Of a stretch of 61,537 bases of DNA, positions 31,737-41,863 are shown piece after piece. Source of the DNA: Formosa sp. (GTDB lineage: Bacteria; Bacteroidota; Bacteroidia; Flavobacteriales; Flavobacteriaceae); contig NZZM01000032.1 of assembly GCA_002698705.1 (NCBI GenBank), forward strand, positions 1 through 61,537, written 5' to 3'. Under the pieces are notes generated by a model, which made no database searches, was not told the DNA's origin, and saw only the letters and a list, made by a program, of their open reading frames with translations. Each line of letters opens with the position of its first letter. Position 1 is the first letter of the stretch. Position numbers and translations under genes: made by a program.

Positions 31737-32629
31737 TGCTTTCCATATTAATTCCTACATATAATCATTCTATAAAAAATTTAGTATACTCAATACATAA
31801 ACAATGTATCAAAGCTGATCTAACATTTGAAATATTAATATATGATGATGCCTCAACAAAAAAAGAAATTGTAAAAAACAACCTCGAAGTTGAAAAACTT
31901 TCCAATGTATGCTATAATGTTTGCAAAAAAAATATAGGTAGAAGTGCTATCAGGAATAGACTATGGAAATTAGCAGAATATAATTGGTTGCTATTTTTAG
32001 ATGCTGATGTCAGTATAAAATCTAACGATTTTATCAAAAATTACATTCAGGCTGTAGAGCAAAATTCGGAAGTTATTTACGGGGGCTTACAATACAATAA
32101 AAAAATTCCTGAGCACAATAAAATTCTTAGGTGGAAATATGGAAAAAAAAGGGAAGTTAAATCGAAAAAAAAACGCCAAAATAATTCATATGTGAATCTA
32201 TTAAGCTGTAATTTTTTAATTTTCAAAGACATAATTAAACATGTACCTTTCAATGAAATGATTCCAAAAGAAGCAAATGAGGATACTCTATTTTCATATG
32301 ATCTAAAATTAAAAAAAATAAATGTTGTTCATATTGATAATCCTGTTGAACATACAAATTTGGAGTCATCCAATAAATTCATTGAAAAATCTCTTTTTTA
32401 CTCAAAATACTCTTTATTCTTTGTAGAAAATAAGCTTATGGATAAAGATTATATCAAAATCATAAAAATTTATTACAAACTGAAAAGAATGAAATTAAAA
32501 TTTCTTTTAAGTACTTTGTATAAATTATTAAAAACTTTTTTAAAACTCCAGCTCAGATCAAAAAATCCATCAATGTTTATTTTTGATTTGTATCGATTGA
32601 GCTACCTTTGTTACATTACAAAAGATTAA
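31736..32629 (+). CDS. Glycosyltransferase family 2
   Basis: LSILIPTYN, YDDAS, FLDAD; ATG overlaps the ftsE stop (TGATG). Confidence 0.88.
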   Translation: MLSILIPTYNHSIKNLVYSIHKQCIKADLTFEILIYDDASTKKEIVKNNLEVEKLSNVCYNVCKKNIGRSAIRNRLWKLAEYNWLLFLDADVSIKSNDFIKNYIQAVEQNSEVIYGGLQYNKKIPEHNKILRWKYGKKREVKSKKKRQNNSYVNLLSCNFLIFKDIIKHVPFNEMIPKEANEDTLFSYDLKLKKINVVHIDNPVEHTNLESSNKFIEKSLFYSKYSLFFVENKLMDKDYIKIIKIYYKLKRMKLKFLLSTLYKLLKTFLKLQLRSKNPSMFIFDLYRLSYLCYITKD

Positions 32630-33586
32630 ATGTCGGACATTTCAATAATCATACCGCTTTACAACAAAGAAAAATTCATAAAAAAAACTATTGAAAGTGT
32701 TTTAAACCAATCATTTAATAATTTTGAATTGATTGTTATAAATGATGGCTCAACAGATAAAGGCTTAAGTCTTGTTAAAGACATAAAAGATAAGCGAATA
32801 AGGACTTACACAATCAAAAATAGTGGCGTTTCCAGGGCACGAAATTATGGTATTAATAAAGCAAAGTACGATTTGATTGCATTCCTTGATGGTGACGATT
32901 TGTGGAAAAAAAATCATCTGCAAGAAGTTCATAAACTTTATTTAAGACATCCAAATTGTGGACTATATGCAATGGGATACAATAAAATATTTAACAACGG
33001 AAAAGCTTTCCGGGCTAAAGTTTTTGGTTTAGATAACTTTTCAGGTATTATTGATGACTTTTTTCTTTCTTCTTTGGCAGACTGCGTTGCATGGTCGTCT
33101 GCTGTAATGATCCCTAAACGAACTTTTGCCAAAGTTGGTTATTTCAATGAAGATATGAGATCTGGTCAAGACACCGAATTATGGATTAGAATTGCACTAA
33201 AATTTGATATTAGTTACAACTCAAAAATAACTACCTCAAAAATAATATTCTTCAATGAAAATCACCTTTCTAACTCGCTTTATAAAATTGATAGATTAAA
33301 AATATTTAAACAATTTAAATTAAAAGAAGCTAAAAATCCGTCACTCAAAACTTTTTTAGACCTCAACAGATTTTCTATTGCAATCGAACGAAAACAAAAA
33401 GGAGATATTAATAACTACATTAAATTAAGAAACTCAATATGTAAAAATAACTTAAACTTAAAACAAAAAATTTTACTTAAACTTCCTTCAAATATTTTAA
33501 TTTTATTAAGAAAAATCCAAATAATTTTATTGAAAGTTAACATATATATAACCCCTTTCAAATATTACCCTAAGATTCGTTTATAA
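32630..33586 (+). CDS. Glycosyltransferase family 2
   Basis: SIIIPLYN, INDGSTD, SRARNYG, AFLDGDD. Confidence 0.9.
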   Translation: MSDISIIIPLYNKEKFIKKTIESVLNQSFNNFELIVINDGSTDKGLSLVKDIKDKRIRTYTIKNSGVSRARNYGINKAKYDLIAFLDGDDLWKKNHLQEVHKLYLRHPNCGLYAMGYNKIFNNGKAFRAKVFGLDNFSGIIDDFFLSSLADCVAWSSAVMIPKRTFAKVGYFNEDMRSGQDTELWIRIALKFDISYNSKITTSKIIFFNENHLSNSLYKIDRLKIFKQFKLKEAKNPSLKTFLDLNRFSIAIERKQKGDINNYIKLRNSICKNNLNLKQKILLKLPSNILILLRKIQIILLKVNIYITPFKYYPKIRL

Positions 33587-34667
33587 GGGCTTCCCATGCC
33601 ATTGAAGAAAACTCATAGGATAAATGACTAACACTATTTGAAGCATTTTTACAACAATTTTTGTAAAGCTTTTTATCCTCAATCATTTTATTTAAAGCTT
33701 TTGATAGCAATTGTGGATTATGATTTTTGACTAATAAACCATTTGAATTATTCTTTATGATTTCTTTAGGTCCTGATTTACAATCTACTGAAACAACGGG
33801 AGTACCTCTAGAAAGACTCTCAATTAATGCTAACGGAAACCCCTCGAAGCGGCTTGTTAAAACAGAAAATAAAGCTTTTTTTATGATTGATTCAGGATTA
33901 CATTGAAAAGGGTGAAAAATAACTCTACCCCCTAAACCTAAAGAATTTACTTTTTTCTTCATAACCCTAATATCTGGACCATTTCCCAGTATTACTAAAA
34001 AAATATCATTTTTAACTAATTTTGAAATTTCATATGCATTAATTAATAGAGAAATATTTTTCACCTTGTCATCAACTCGTCCAAAAAACAAAATAAATTT
34101 TTTGGGTAAATTTTGAATATTAGCTTCTTTATTATATTCATTAAAATCTAATAATATGTTTGGAATAAAGTTAATTTGATTTAACTTATATTTTGAGTGT
34201 AGTAGTTCTTTAATCTCATTAGAAACAGCTACAAATTTATGAGCTTTTCTATAAAGTAAATTGGCTAAAATTTTATTTTTAGGTAAATAATTTTCAATTA
34301 AATAACTATGAACCATAAATATAACTTTTTGATTAGAATATAATATCTTATTAATTAAAAATTCTTTAAGAAATAGAGGGCGAGTGCGGCCATCAATAAC
34401 AAAATCAAATTTTTCATTTTTTAGATAATCTTTAAATATTTTATATCTTTTTATTTTACCGAAAAACGAATCATTTTGATCTTTTAATTTCCCTAGATTT
34501 AATAAGAAACCTTTATAACTATAGCTAATGTTATTTAAAATACTAATTATATGGACATCATGACCTAATTGACTAAACATATATGAAAGATTTGCACTAA
34601 CTCTCTCTGCACCCCCATTACCTAAGGAAGAAGTCACAATAGCTATTTTTTTTTTTCGTTTTCTCAT
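33570..34667 (-). CDS. Glycosyltransferase family 4 (GT-B)
   Basis: GGAER N-terminal motif; SRFEGFPLALIES (EX7E); SGPKEII. Confidence 0.9.
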   Translation of the reverse strand: MRKRKKKIAIVTSSLGNGGAERVSANLSYMFSQLGHDVHIISILNNISYSYKGFLLNLGKLKDQNDSFFGKIKRYKIFKDYLKNEKFDFVIDGRTRPLFLKEFLINKILYSNQKVIFMVHSYLIENYLPKNKILANLLYRKAHKFVAVSNEIKELLHSKYKLNQINFIPNILLDFNEYNKEANIQNLPKKFILFFGRVDDKVKNISLLINAYEISKLVKNDIFLVILGNGPDIRVMKKKVNSLGLGGRVIFHPFQCNPESIIKKALFSVLTSRFEGFPLALIESLSRGTPVVSVDCKSGPKEIIKNNSNGLLVKNHNPQLLSKALNKMIEDKKLYKNCCKNASNSVSHLSYEFSSMAWEALINES

Positions 34668-34681
34668 AACTAGAAAGAGGA

Positions 34682-36283
34682 TTAAAATTTAATATCGTAA
34701 TCTTGATTATTCAAAATAACTCGTGGACGACTTTGAAAGTATTTACTGAAAATACTTCTAGTAAAATCCACTTCATTTGCATTAATCTCTAAAATTTCCG
34801 CTAGACTATGAAACAAATCATCAGTCATGTATTTTCGATTAGGGTCAAAAAATAATACACTATCGTTTTTGTAGGCTTCCGATTGCCAAAGAAAAAAAGG
34901 AATATCGTACATACTTTTAGTCGCAAAATCTTCATTATGTCCTAGACGTTCTAAGTCGTCAAGTTCTTCCCCGTGATCAGAAACATACAAAACTGCACTA
35001 TGCTTGGCATATTTTTTTACAGACTTAATAATTTCAGTGATAACATAGTCGGTATTTAGAATAGCCCGGTCATATTCATCTTGAATTAATTGTTTTTGAG
35101 TTAAAATTCGATCTGATTCTATTGATTTAAAAGCAGTTTTCATTGAATCGGGATATCGATTTTCATATTTGAAGTGAGCTCCCATCAAATGCACAACAAT
35201 AAATTTAGGAAACTTATTACTTTCTTTTAAAACCTTACGAATTTTAGGAATTAAAGTTTGATCTAAAGTACGATTATGTTGACCGTAAGCAGTGCTGACA
35301 AATGAGGTTTCAGAAGCAGAAAGGGCAATTTTTGTGACCAAACTTTCAAAAATTCCTATTGGGCGCTGATTGGACAGCCAATATGTATTGTATCCGGCAG
35401 CATTAGCCAGTTGTAATATAGAACCTGACGGTTTATTGTCTTCAGATTCATAGTTAGTTAATGTTAGCATTTTATTTATAGACTCGACAGTTAATGTATG
35501 TGGACTTATTACGTCACTGAAAACTAAGAGTTCTTTTGAAATTTGATTTAAAAAAGGAGTAGTTGAGCGTTCATATCCGTACAATTGCATATGAGATCGA
35601 ACAGTAGACTCGCCTAATATAAGAACATATACAGGATTATCATTATTTGAAATTGATTTAACATTTGTAAAACTACCAATACTGTTTGAGGAATAATTAT
35701 CAAAACTAGATGAAGTCTGGTAATACTCAATGAAAGATTTAGAAAACAAATAAGGGAAATTATAAATTATATTTTTTGAAACTTTTAAATAAGTTAAAAT
35801 TAAAACTATAGTCAAAATATAAATAAAACCTTTTTTTTTCAATGGAGTGCTTATTTCATAATTGTAGTTATTTAAAATTTTGAAAATATAGAAAGAATAT
35901 ATTATGATAGAAATAATTAGAAAAATTTCTTTGTATTCAATATAGAAATTGATAAAATCAAGGGACTCATTAAAATTTGAATCCAATAAAACAAAAATAG
36001 AAGAGGCACTAAAAAAAACTTGAAATAATAAATAATATACTGACTCAAAAAGAATTGAAGTTGAAAAAAAAACAAAAGAAAAAAGTCCATAAAGCTTTCT
36101 GTAATTTGCCTTTTTAAAAAAAAAAGATAGTGTAATTAAAAGAAATGCAAATAGGCAATTTTCAATAAAATTAAATGCAATTTCAATCTCAAATTGACAG
36201 AATAAAATAGTATAGAGTGTTGTTGTAAATATTAAAATGAAGTAATAGGAAAACAATTTTCTAAAAAACTGGAGGTCTTTCAT
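34682..36283 (-). CDS. Phosphoethanolamine transferase (EptA/CptA-like, sulfatase fold)
   Basis: N-terminal TM segments; ILGES, catalytic Thr region SPHTLT, WLSNQ, HLMGAH, SDHGE, GH. Confidence 0.82.
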   Translation of the reverse strand: MKDLQFFRKLFSYYFILIFTTTLYTILFCQFEIEIAFNFIENCLFAFLLITLSFFFKKANYRKLYGLFSFVFFSTSILFESVYYLLFQVFFSASSIFVLLDSNFNESLDFINFYIEYKEIFLIISIIIYSFYIFKILNNYNYEISTPLKKKGFIYILTIVLILTYLKVSKNIIYNFPYLFSKSFIEYYQTSSSFDNYSSNSIGSFTNVKSISNNDNPVYVLILGESTVRSHMQLYGYERSTTPFLNQISKELLVFSDVISPHTLTVESINKMLTLTNYESEDNKPSGSILQLANAAGYNTYWLSNQRPIGIFESLVTKIALSASETSFVSTAYGQHNRTLDQTLIPKIRKVLKESNKFPKFIVVHLMGAHFKYENRYPDSMKTAFKSIESDRILTQKQLIQDEYDRAILNTDYVITEIIKSVKKYAKHSAVLYVSDHGEELDDLERLGHNEDFATKSMYDIPFFLWQSEAYKNDSVLFFDPNRKYMTDDLFHSLAEILEINANEVDFTRSIFSKYFQSRPRVILNNQDYDIKF

Positions 36284-36303
36284 ATTGCAATTAAATTATT
36301 AGT

Positions 36304-37590
36304 TTATATAGGAATATTTTTTCCAAATAGTTCCTTTCTCAAAATAAACAGTACAACTGCGAAATATAATAAATTACTAAATAATAGACCAATAAGTAAT
36401 CCTTCCACATGAAAAGAGTTGATTAGTAGTCGACCAAGAAAGTAATATGAGATAAGACCTAAAAGTTGTGTTAAAACAAAACATTTAACCTGATTTTTAG
36501 CCAGAAATTTAAATGATAAAATATTTGCAATAAAACGAATAAAATCTGCCATAAGTTGCCATTTAAATAAAATTGCCATTCCAATAAAAGCATCATTATA
36601 TATAGTAAGAATCAAAATTTCTTTTAAAAAATAGACCATTATCATCCCAACAACAACTAACGGAAGTAGTGTTTTATATAAAGTTTTAACCTCCCTTTTA
36701 AATCCTTCTGAAAAATTAATTTCAGCATATTTTGGAAGAATATAAATACTAAAAATAGTGATTAAAAATTGCATATAAATCTTAGAAATAGAGGACATTG
36801 CAGTCCAAATTCCGGCTTCATTTTCACTAATACGATCTGAAATTAAATTTCTAAAATTAATTTCTACAAAGTTGGAACACACAGTCGCTACAAATGAAAT
36901 AAGTGTAAATCCGAGTAAAACTTTAAGCATTGGAGCTTTAAATGATAACTGATTGAATTTAATATATTCTTTAAGTGTATTACCAAATATAAAAGCTAGC
37001 ACTAAAAACTGAATTGCAGGTGTAATGGCAATTGCTAAAAGAACTCCGTCAATATTATAATAATATAAACTTATAAGCAATAATGATGAAGCTAAGGAAT
37101 ACCAAATAATTTCAATTTTAGCATTGATTTTATAAGCTGAAATTCCACTAATTACCGCATTGAAAATTCGATTCATTGCAATGAAAGGAGTGGTAACCGC
37201 TAATAATTTAAATACTGAACTAAAATCTTCATTAAAAAATAGCCAGATTGATAGTTTGTTAGCCGCAAAAAACATAAAAAGGGAAAGGATAAGTGTTGCT
37301 AATCCAGAAAGAACATATACTGTGGAGAATAATTTTATGAGTCCTTCAGCGTTTTTTTTATACTGGGAAATATATTTTACAACTCCATTAAATACACCAA
37401 AGGAAGATAAGCTCATCAAAATATTTGATAGATTTCGTATCTGCCCAACTTTTGCAATTCCAGCTTGTCCTGTATATTGGGCTAATAGATTTTGAACTAA
37501 AAGTGAAATTAGAAGGCGAAAGCCTACAACCAAAGAATTTAAAGAGGTTATTTTTAAAATTAAATTATTATTAATAAAAGGGAACTTCAC
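36304..37590 (-). CDS. wzx: O-antigen translocase / flippase (Wzx family)
   Basis: About 12 TM; GVFNGVVKY, EAGIWTAM, FKWQLMADF; GTG start. Confidence 0.8.
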   Translation of the reverse strand: MKFPFINNNLILKITSLNSLVVGFRLLISLLVQNLLAQYTGQAGIAKVGQIRNLSNILMSLSSFGVFNGVVKYISQYKKNAEGLIKLFSTVYVLSGLATLILSLFMFFAANKLSIWLFFNEDFSSVFKLLAVTTPFIAMNRIFNAVISGISAYKINAKIEIIWYSLASSLLLISLYYYNIDGVLLAIAITPAIQFLVLAFIFGNTLKEYIKFNQLSFKAPMLKVLLGFTLISFVATVCSNFVEINFRNLISDRISENEAGIWTAMSSISKIYMQFLITIFSIYILPKYAEINFSEGFKREVKTLYKTLLPLVVVGMIMVYFLKEILILTIYNDAFIGMAILFKWQLMADFIRFIANILSFKFLAKNQVKCFVLTQLLGLISYYFLGRLLINSFHVEGLLIGLLFSNLLYFAVVLFILRKELFGKNIPI

Positions 37591-37712
37591 GAATAAATAA
37601 GTTATTTGAATTATTAGCCTTTAAACGATTTATTTTCATAATTGTTGTTCAAATTTTACTTACTTCTAATCAAACTCAAATAATATAAAATTTATACTAT
37701 GGGTAATTCTAT

Positions 37713-39512
37713 TTAAAGCGCTTTATTTCTTTTTCGTTCTACTTCCTTAAGAAAAATCTTCCTCAAACGTAAACTGTTTGGAGTTACTTCCACATACTCA
37801 TCTTTTTGAATGTATTCTAAAGCTTCTTCTAGAGAAAATTTAATAGCAGGGACAATCTTGGCTTTATCGTCAGCTCCAGCACTTCTAACATTTGATAATT
37901 TTTTTGTTTTAGTGACATTAATTGCCATGTCGTCGCCTCTTGAATTTTCACCTATAACCTGGCCCTCATAAATTGAATCACCCGGATCTATAAAAAATCT
38001 ACCCCTTTCCTGTAACTTGTCTATTGAATACGGAATTGAAATACCTTTTTCCATAGAAACCAGAGAACCATTTTGCCTTTCTGGAATACCGCCTTTCAGA
38101 GGCTGGTATTCTTTAAATCGATGAGCCATTATAGCTTCCCCAGCTGTGGCAGTAAGTAACTGGTTTCTTAGACCTATAATTCCTCTTGACGGAATCACAA
38201 ATTGACAAATCATTCGTTGACCTTTAACTTCCATACTCAAGAGTTCACCCTTTCGCTTAGTTACCATCTCAACGGCTTTCCCTGAAATATTCTCTGGAAG
38301 ATCAATAGTCATTTCTTCAACAGGTTCGTATTTAACTTCATCAATTTTTTTAATAATCACTTGTGGCTGACCTATTTGAAGTTCATAACCTTCTCTTCGC
38401 ATAGTTTCAATAAGTATCGATAAGTGTAATACCCCTCTACCAAATACCATAAACTTATCTGCATTTTCAGTTGGCTCTACTCTAAGAGCTAAGTTTTTTT
38501 CAAGTTCCTTCTCTAACCGTTCTTTCAAATGGCGAGATGTTACAAACTTTCCTTCTTTACCAAAAAATGGAGAGTCATTTATTGTAAAAAGCATACTCAT
38601 GGTAGGTTCATCTATAGCTATGGTATCGAGAGCTTCTGGATTATCTATATCTGCAATGGTATCCCCTATTTCAAAACCATCCAATCCTACCAGAGCACAA
38701 ATTTCACCAGCAACAATTTCAAAAACTTTTTTTCGCCCCAAACCCTCAAATACTTGGAGCTCTTTAATTTTAGATTTTATGATTTTTCCATCCCTTTTGA
38801 CCAAAGAAACTTTCTGATTAGTGTAAATTTTACCGCGTTGTAAACGACCTATAGCTACACGTCCCGTAAAAGAAGAATAATCTAAAGAAGTAATCAACAT
38901 TTGTGTTGTACCCGATTCAACTTTTGGAGATGGAACATGTTCAATAACCATATCCAGAAGAGGTGCTATAGAATTAGTTTTATTTGACCAGTCTTCACTC
39001 ATCCAATTATATTTAGCAGAGCCATAAACTGTAGGAAAATCCAACTGCCATTCTTCAGCTCCAAGCTCAAACATTAAATCAAAAACTGATTCATGGACTT
39101 CCTCAGGTGTACAATTTTCTTTGTCAACTTTATTTATTACTACACAGGGTTTGAGGCCTAAATTGATTGCTTTTTGAAGAACAAAACGAGTTTGTGGCAT
39201 TAGTCCTTCAAAAGCATCTACCAATAGCAATACACCGTCGGACATATTGAGAACGCGTTCTACTTCTCCACCAAAATCAGCGTGACCAGGAGTGTCTATT
39301 ATGTTAATTTTAGTTTCCCTATAAACCACTGACACATTTTTGGAAGTTATAGTAATACCACGCTCGCGTTCAAGATCATTGTTGTCTAGTATTAAATCTC
39401 CTTTATTTTCGTTTTCACGAAATAATTGACAATGATATAGAATCTTATCTACTAGAGTTGTTTTCCCATGATCTACATGAGCGATGATGGCAATATTTTT
39501 AATAGATTTCAT
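37713..39512 (-). CDS. typA: Translational GTPase TypA/BipA
   Basis: [56 protein letters not shown]. Confidence 0.97.
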   Translation of the reverse strand: MKSIKNIAIIAHVDHGKTTLVDKILYHCQLFRENENKGDLILDNNDLERERGITITSKNVSVVYRETKINIIDTPGHADFGGEVERVLNMSDGVLLLVDAFEGLMPQTRFVLQKAINLGLKPCVVINKVDKENCTPEEVHESVFDLMFELGAEEWQLDFPTVYGSAKYNWMSEDWSNKTNSIAPLLDMVIEHVPSPKVESGTTQMLITSLDYSSFTGRVAIGRLQRGKIYTNQKVSLVKRDGKIIKSKIKELQVFEGLGRKKVFEIVAGEICALVGLDGFEIGDTIADIDNPEALDTIAIDEPTMSMLFTINDSPFFGKEGKFVTSRHLKERLEKELEKNLALRVEPTENADKFMVFGRGVLHLSILIETMRREGYELQIGQPQVIIKKIDEVKYEPVEEMTIDLPENISGKAVEMVTKRKGELLSMEVKGQRMICQFVIPSRGIIGLRNQLLTATAGEAIMAHRFKEYQPLKGGIPERQNGSLVSMEKGISIPYSIDKLQERGRFFIDPGDSIYEGQVIGENSRGDDMAINVTKTKKLSNVRSAGADDKAKIVPAIKFSLEEALEYIQKDEYVEVTPNSLRLRKIFLKEVERKRNKAL

Positions 39513-39627
39513 TAAAAGCTATTTTTAATCGGCAAATGTACATTTAATTTTAGGACTTTTGGTTTTTATTCTAAGAACCTTAACTCTCAAATTTGCTTAT
39601 ATTTGTCTAAATTAATTTGAATATTCA

Positions 39628-40446
39628 ATGCAACTTAATAACATTCCTAAACTCAAATACTTGGACTCAAAGCAATTTTTTTTAATTGCTGGTCCCTGTG
39701 CAATTGAAGGCGAAACCATGGCGCTTAAAATTGCTGAACATATTTGTAGTTTATCCGAAAAATTTAAAATTCCCTATATATTCAAAGGAAGTTTTAAAAA
39801 AGCTAATCGTAGTCGTATAGATAGTTTTACAGGGATTGGAGATGAAAAGGCACTTAAAATTCTTCAAAAAGTATCTGACTATTTTGATATACCAACATTA
39901 ACGGATATTCATCAGGTTCGAGATGCTTCCATGGCAGCAAGTTATGTAGATGTATTACAAATCCCTGCATTTTTAGTTCGTCAAACGGATTTAATAGTTG
40001 CCGCAGCAAATACAGGGAAGATTATAAATCTAAAAAAAGGACAATTTATGAGTCCTGAATCCATGGAAAATGCAGTTAAGAAAGTAAAAGATAGCGGAAA
40101 TGATAAGGTTTGGGTAACAGATCGGGGTACTATGTTTGGTTACCAAGATATGGTCGTTGATTTTAGAGGTATTCCAACTATGAGAAAATTTGCCACAACA
40201 GTTTTAGATGTAACACATTCACTCCAACAACCAAACCAAGTAAATGGTATCACTGGTGGACGTCCAGAAATGATTGAAACTATTGCTAGAGCTGGTGTAG
40301 TAAATAATATTGATGGCCTTTTTATAGAAACACATTTCGAACCTGAAAAAGCAAAAAGTGATGGTGCTAATATGCTTAGACTAGATCAGCTTGATAAACT
40401 ACTGAAAAACCTAGCTGCCATTAGAAAAACTATTAATGATTTTTAA
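39628..40446 (+). CDS. kdsA: 3-deoxy-8-phosphooctulonate (KDO8P) synthase
   Basis: IAGPCAIE, KANRS, QIPAFL, KKGQF, DVTHSLQ, SDG; TATATTTG promoter at 39598-39605. Confidence 0.96.
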   Translation: MQLNNIPKLKYLDSKQFFLIAGPCAIEGETMALKIAEHICSLSEKFKIPYIFKGSFKKANRSRIDSFTGIGDEKALKILQKVSDYFDIPTLTDIHQVRDASMAASYVDVLQIPAFLVRQTDLIVAAANTGKIINLKKGQFMSPESMENAVKKVKDSGNDKVWVTDRGTMFGYQDMVVDFRGIPTMRKFATTVLDVTHSLQQPNQVNGITGGRPEMIETIARAGVVNNIDGLFIETHFEPEKAKSDGANMLRLDQLDKLLKNLAAIRKTINDF

Positions 40447-41849
40447 TGCTTTACTTTAGATGAGTATTCAGTGGAATTAAATCCATATTTATCTACAAGG
40501 TAAACAAGTGACGCCATAGTCGCTGAACCTAATTCTAATTCCCGCTTATTGATAAAGTCAAAGTTGTCATTTGAAGCATGACGGTGATCAAAATAGCGTT
40601 GAGAATCAGTAATCAAATCAGCCAAAAGAACTGATTTATTTGTTAAAGGACCAATATCGGCACGAATTCCATCCTTCTTAAAATAATGAATTAGGTAAGG
40701 TTCAAAAAGCTTCTTCCATTTAAAAATTTGGCTAACTTTATAATCTGGACCTTGGAAAGAAAAACCCCTTGGTATAAATCCGCCAGAAGCACTTTCTAAA
40801 GCAAAGATGTGCTTTTCATTATTTTCTTTAGCAAACTTCGCATACTCTAAACCACGACGGAGACCTTTTTCTTCATTCATAAAAAGAATAATTCTTATTG
40901 TTCGTTTTGGCTGAATGCCTATCAATTTCAAAAGTCTTAAAACATCCATCGCTTGTACACAACCTGCACCATCATTATGAGAACCGTCTCCAAGATCCCA
41001 AGAATTTAAATGACCACCAACTGTAATAATTTGTTTTGGATACTGAGCTCCTGTAATTTCTCCGATAACATTATATGATTGAACATCATTGAGTTGCTTA
41101 CAATTTTGCTTGAAGTAAAATTTAATAGAAGAATCTATTTTTAACATGCTACTCAAACGCTCAGCGTCGTTAGTACTTATCGCAGCTGAGGGAATTCGAT
41201 TATTAATAGCTGTAATACCATAAGACATAGCTCCAGTGTGGGGTAAATCATCTAATCTTAAGCTCATTGACCTTACAATAGTCCCAACTGCGCCTAATTT
41301 TGCAGCCTCTTTAGCGCCATCAAAGAGCTGATTCACACATCCGTTGTAAGCTTCAAAAGTAGAAATTACATCAACCTGCATTTGACAATTAAAAAAAACT
41401 ATTTTACCTTGAACATCAGTAAAAGCCATAGCTTTTAGTTCTTCTATCCCTTTTACTTCAACAACCTCAGCCTTTAGTCCTTCTTTTGGGGTTGCTACAG
41501 ATCCTCCCAAAGCGCATAAATTGACAGGAATTGTTTTTCCAGGGGCGACTTCTATGAATGAAAATTCAGGACCACCACGAATCCATTTTGGAACCATAAC
41601 AGGCTGTAACCAAACTCTGTCAAATTCAAGTTCTTCAAGAACTTTTTTTGTATATTCTACAGCTAGTTCTGAATTTAAAGATCCTGATAAACGACCTCCT
41701 ATTTCGTTAGACAAATAATCAAGCCAATGGTAAGATTTACCTTTTGTTAAAGATTCTTTATAAATTTTTCGTAAGTAATCTTCATCGCTTTGAGCTACAA
41801 TGGTCACATAGAACGAAGATAAAAACAAAAAAATTAGCTTAAATTTCAT
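40443..41849 (-). CDS. M28 (carboxypeptidase Q-like) metallopeptidase homologue with a degenerate active site
   Basis: PA domain plus GGHLNSWDLGDGSHNDGAG / FMNEE / ESASGG / YFDHRH, recognisable but with substituted metal ligands. Confidence 0.85.
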   Translation of the reverse strand: MKFKLIFLFLSSFYVTIVAQSDEDYLRKIYKESLTKGKSYHWLDYLSNEIGGRLSGSLNSELAVEYTKKVLEELEFDRVWLQPVMVPKWIRGGPEFSFIEVAPGKTIPVNLCALGGSVATPKEGLKAEVVEVKGIEELKAMAFTDVQGKIVFFNCQMQVDVISTFEAYNGCVNQLFDGAKEAAKLGAVGTIVRSMSLRLDDLPHTGAMSYGITAINNRIPSAAISTNDAERLSSMLKIDSSIKFYFKQNCKQLNDVQSYNVIGEITGAQYPKQIITVGGHLNSWDLGDGSHNDGAGCVQAMDVLRLLKLIGIQPKRTIRIILFMNEEKGLRRGLEYAKFAKENNEKHIFALESASGGFIPRGFSFQGPDYKVSQIFKWKKLFEPYLIHYFKKDGIRADIGPLTNKSVLLADLITDSQRYFDHRHASNDNFDFINKRELELGSATMASLVYLVDKYGFNSTEYSSKVKH

Positions 41850-41863
41850 TTTATTCTGAAGAG

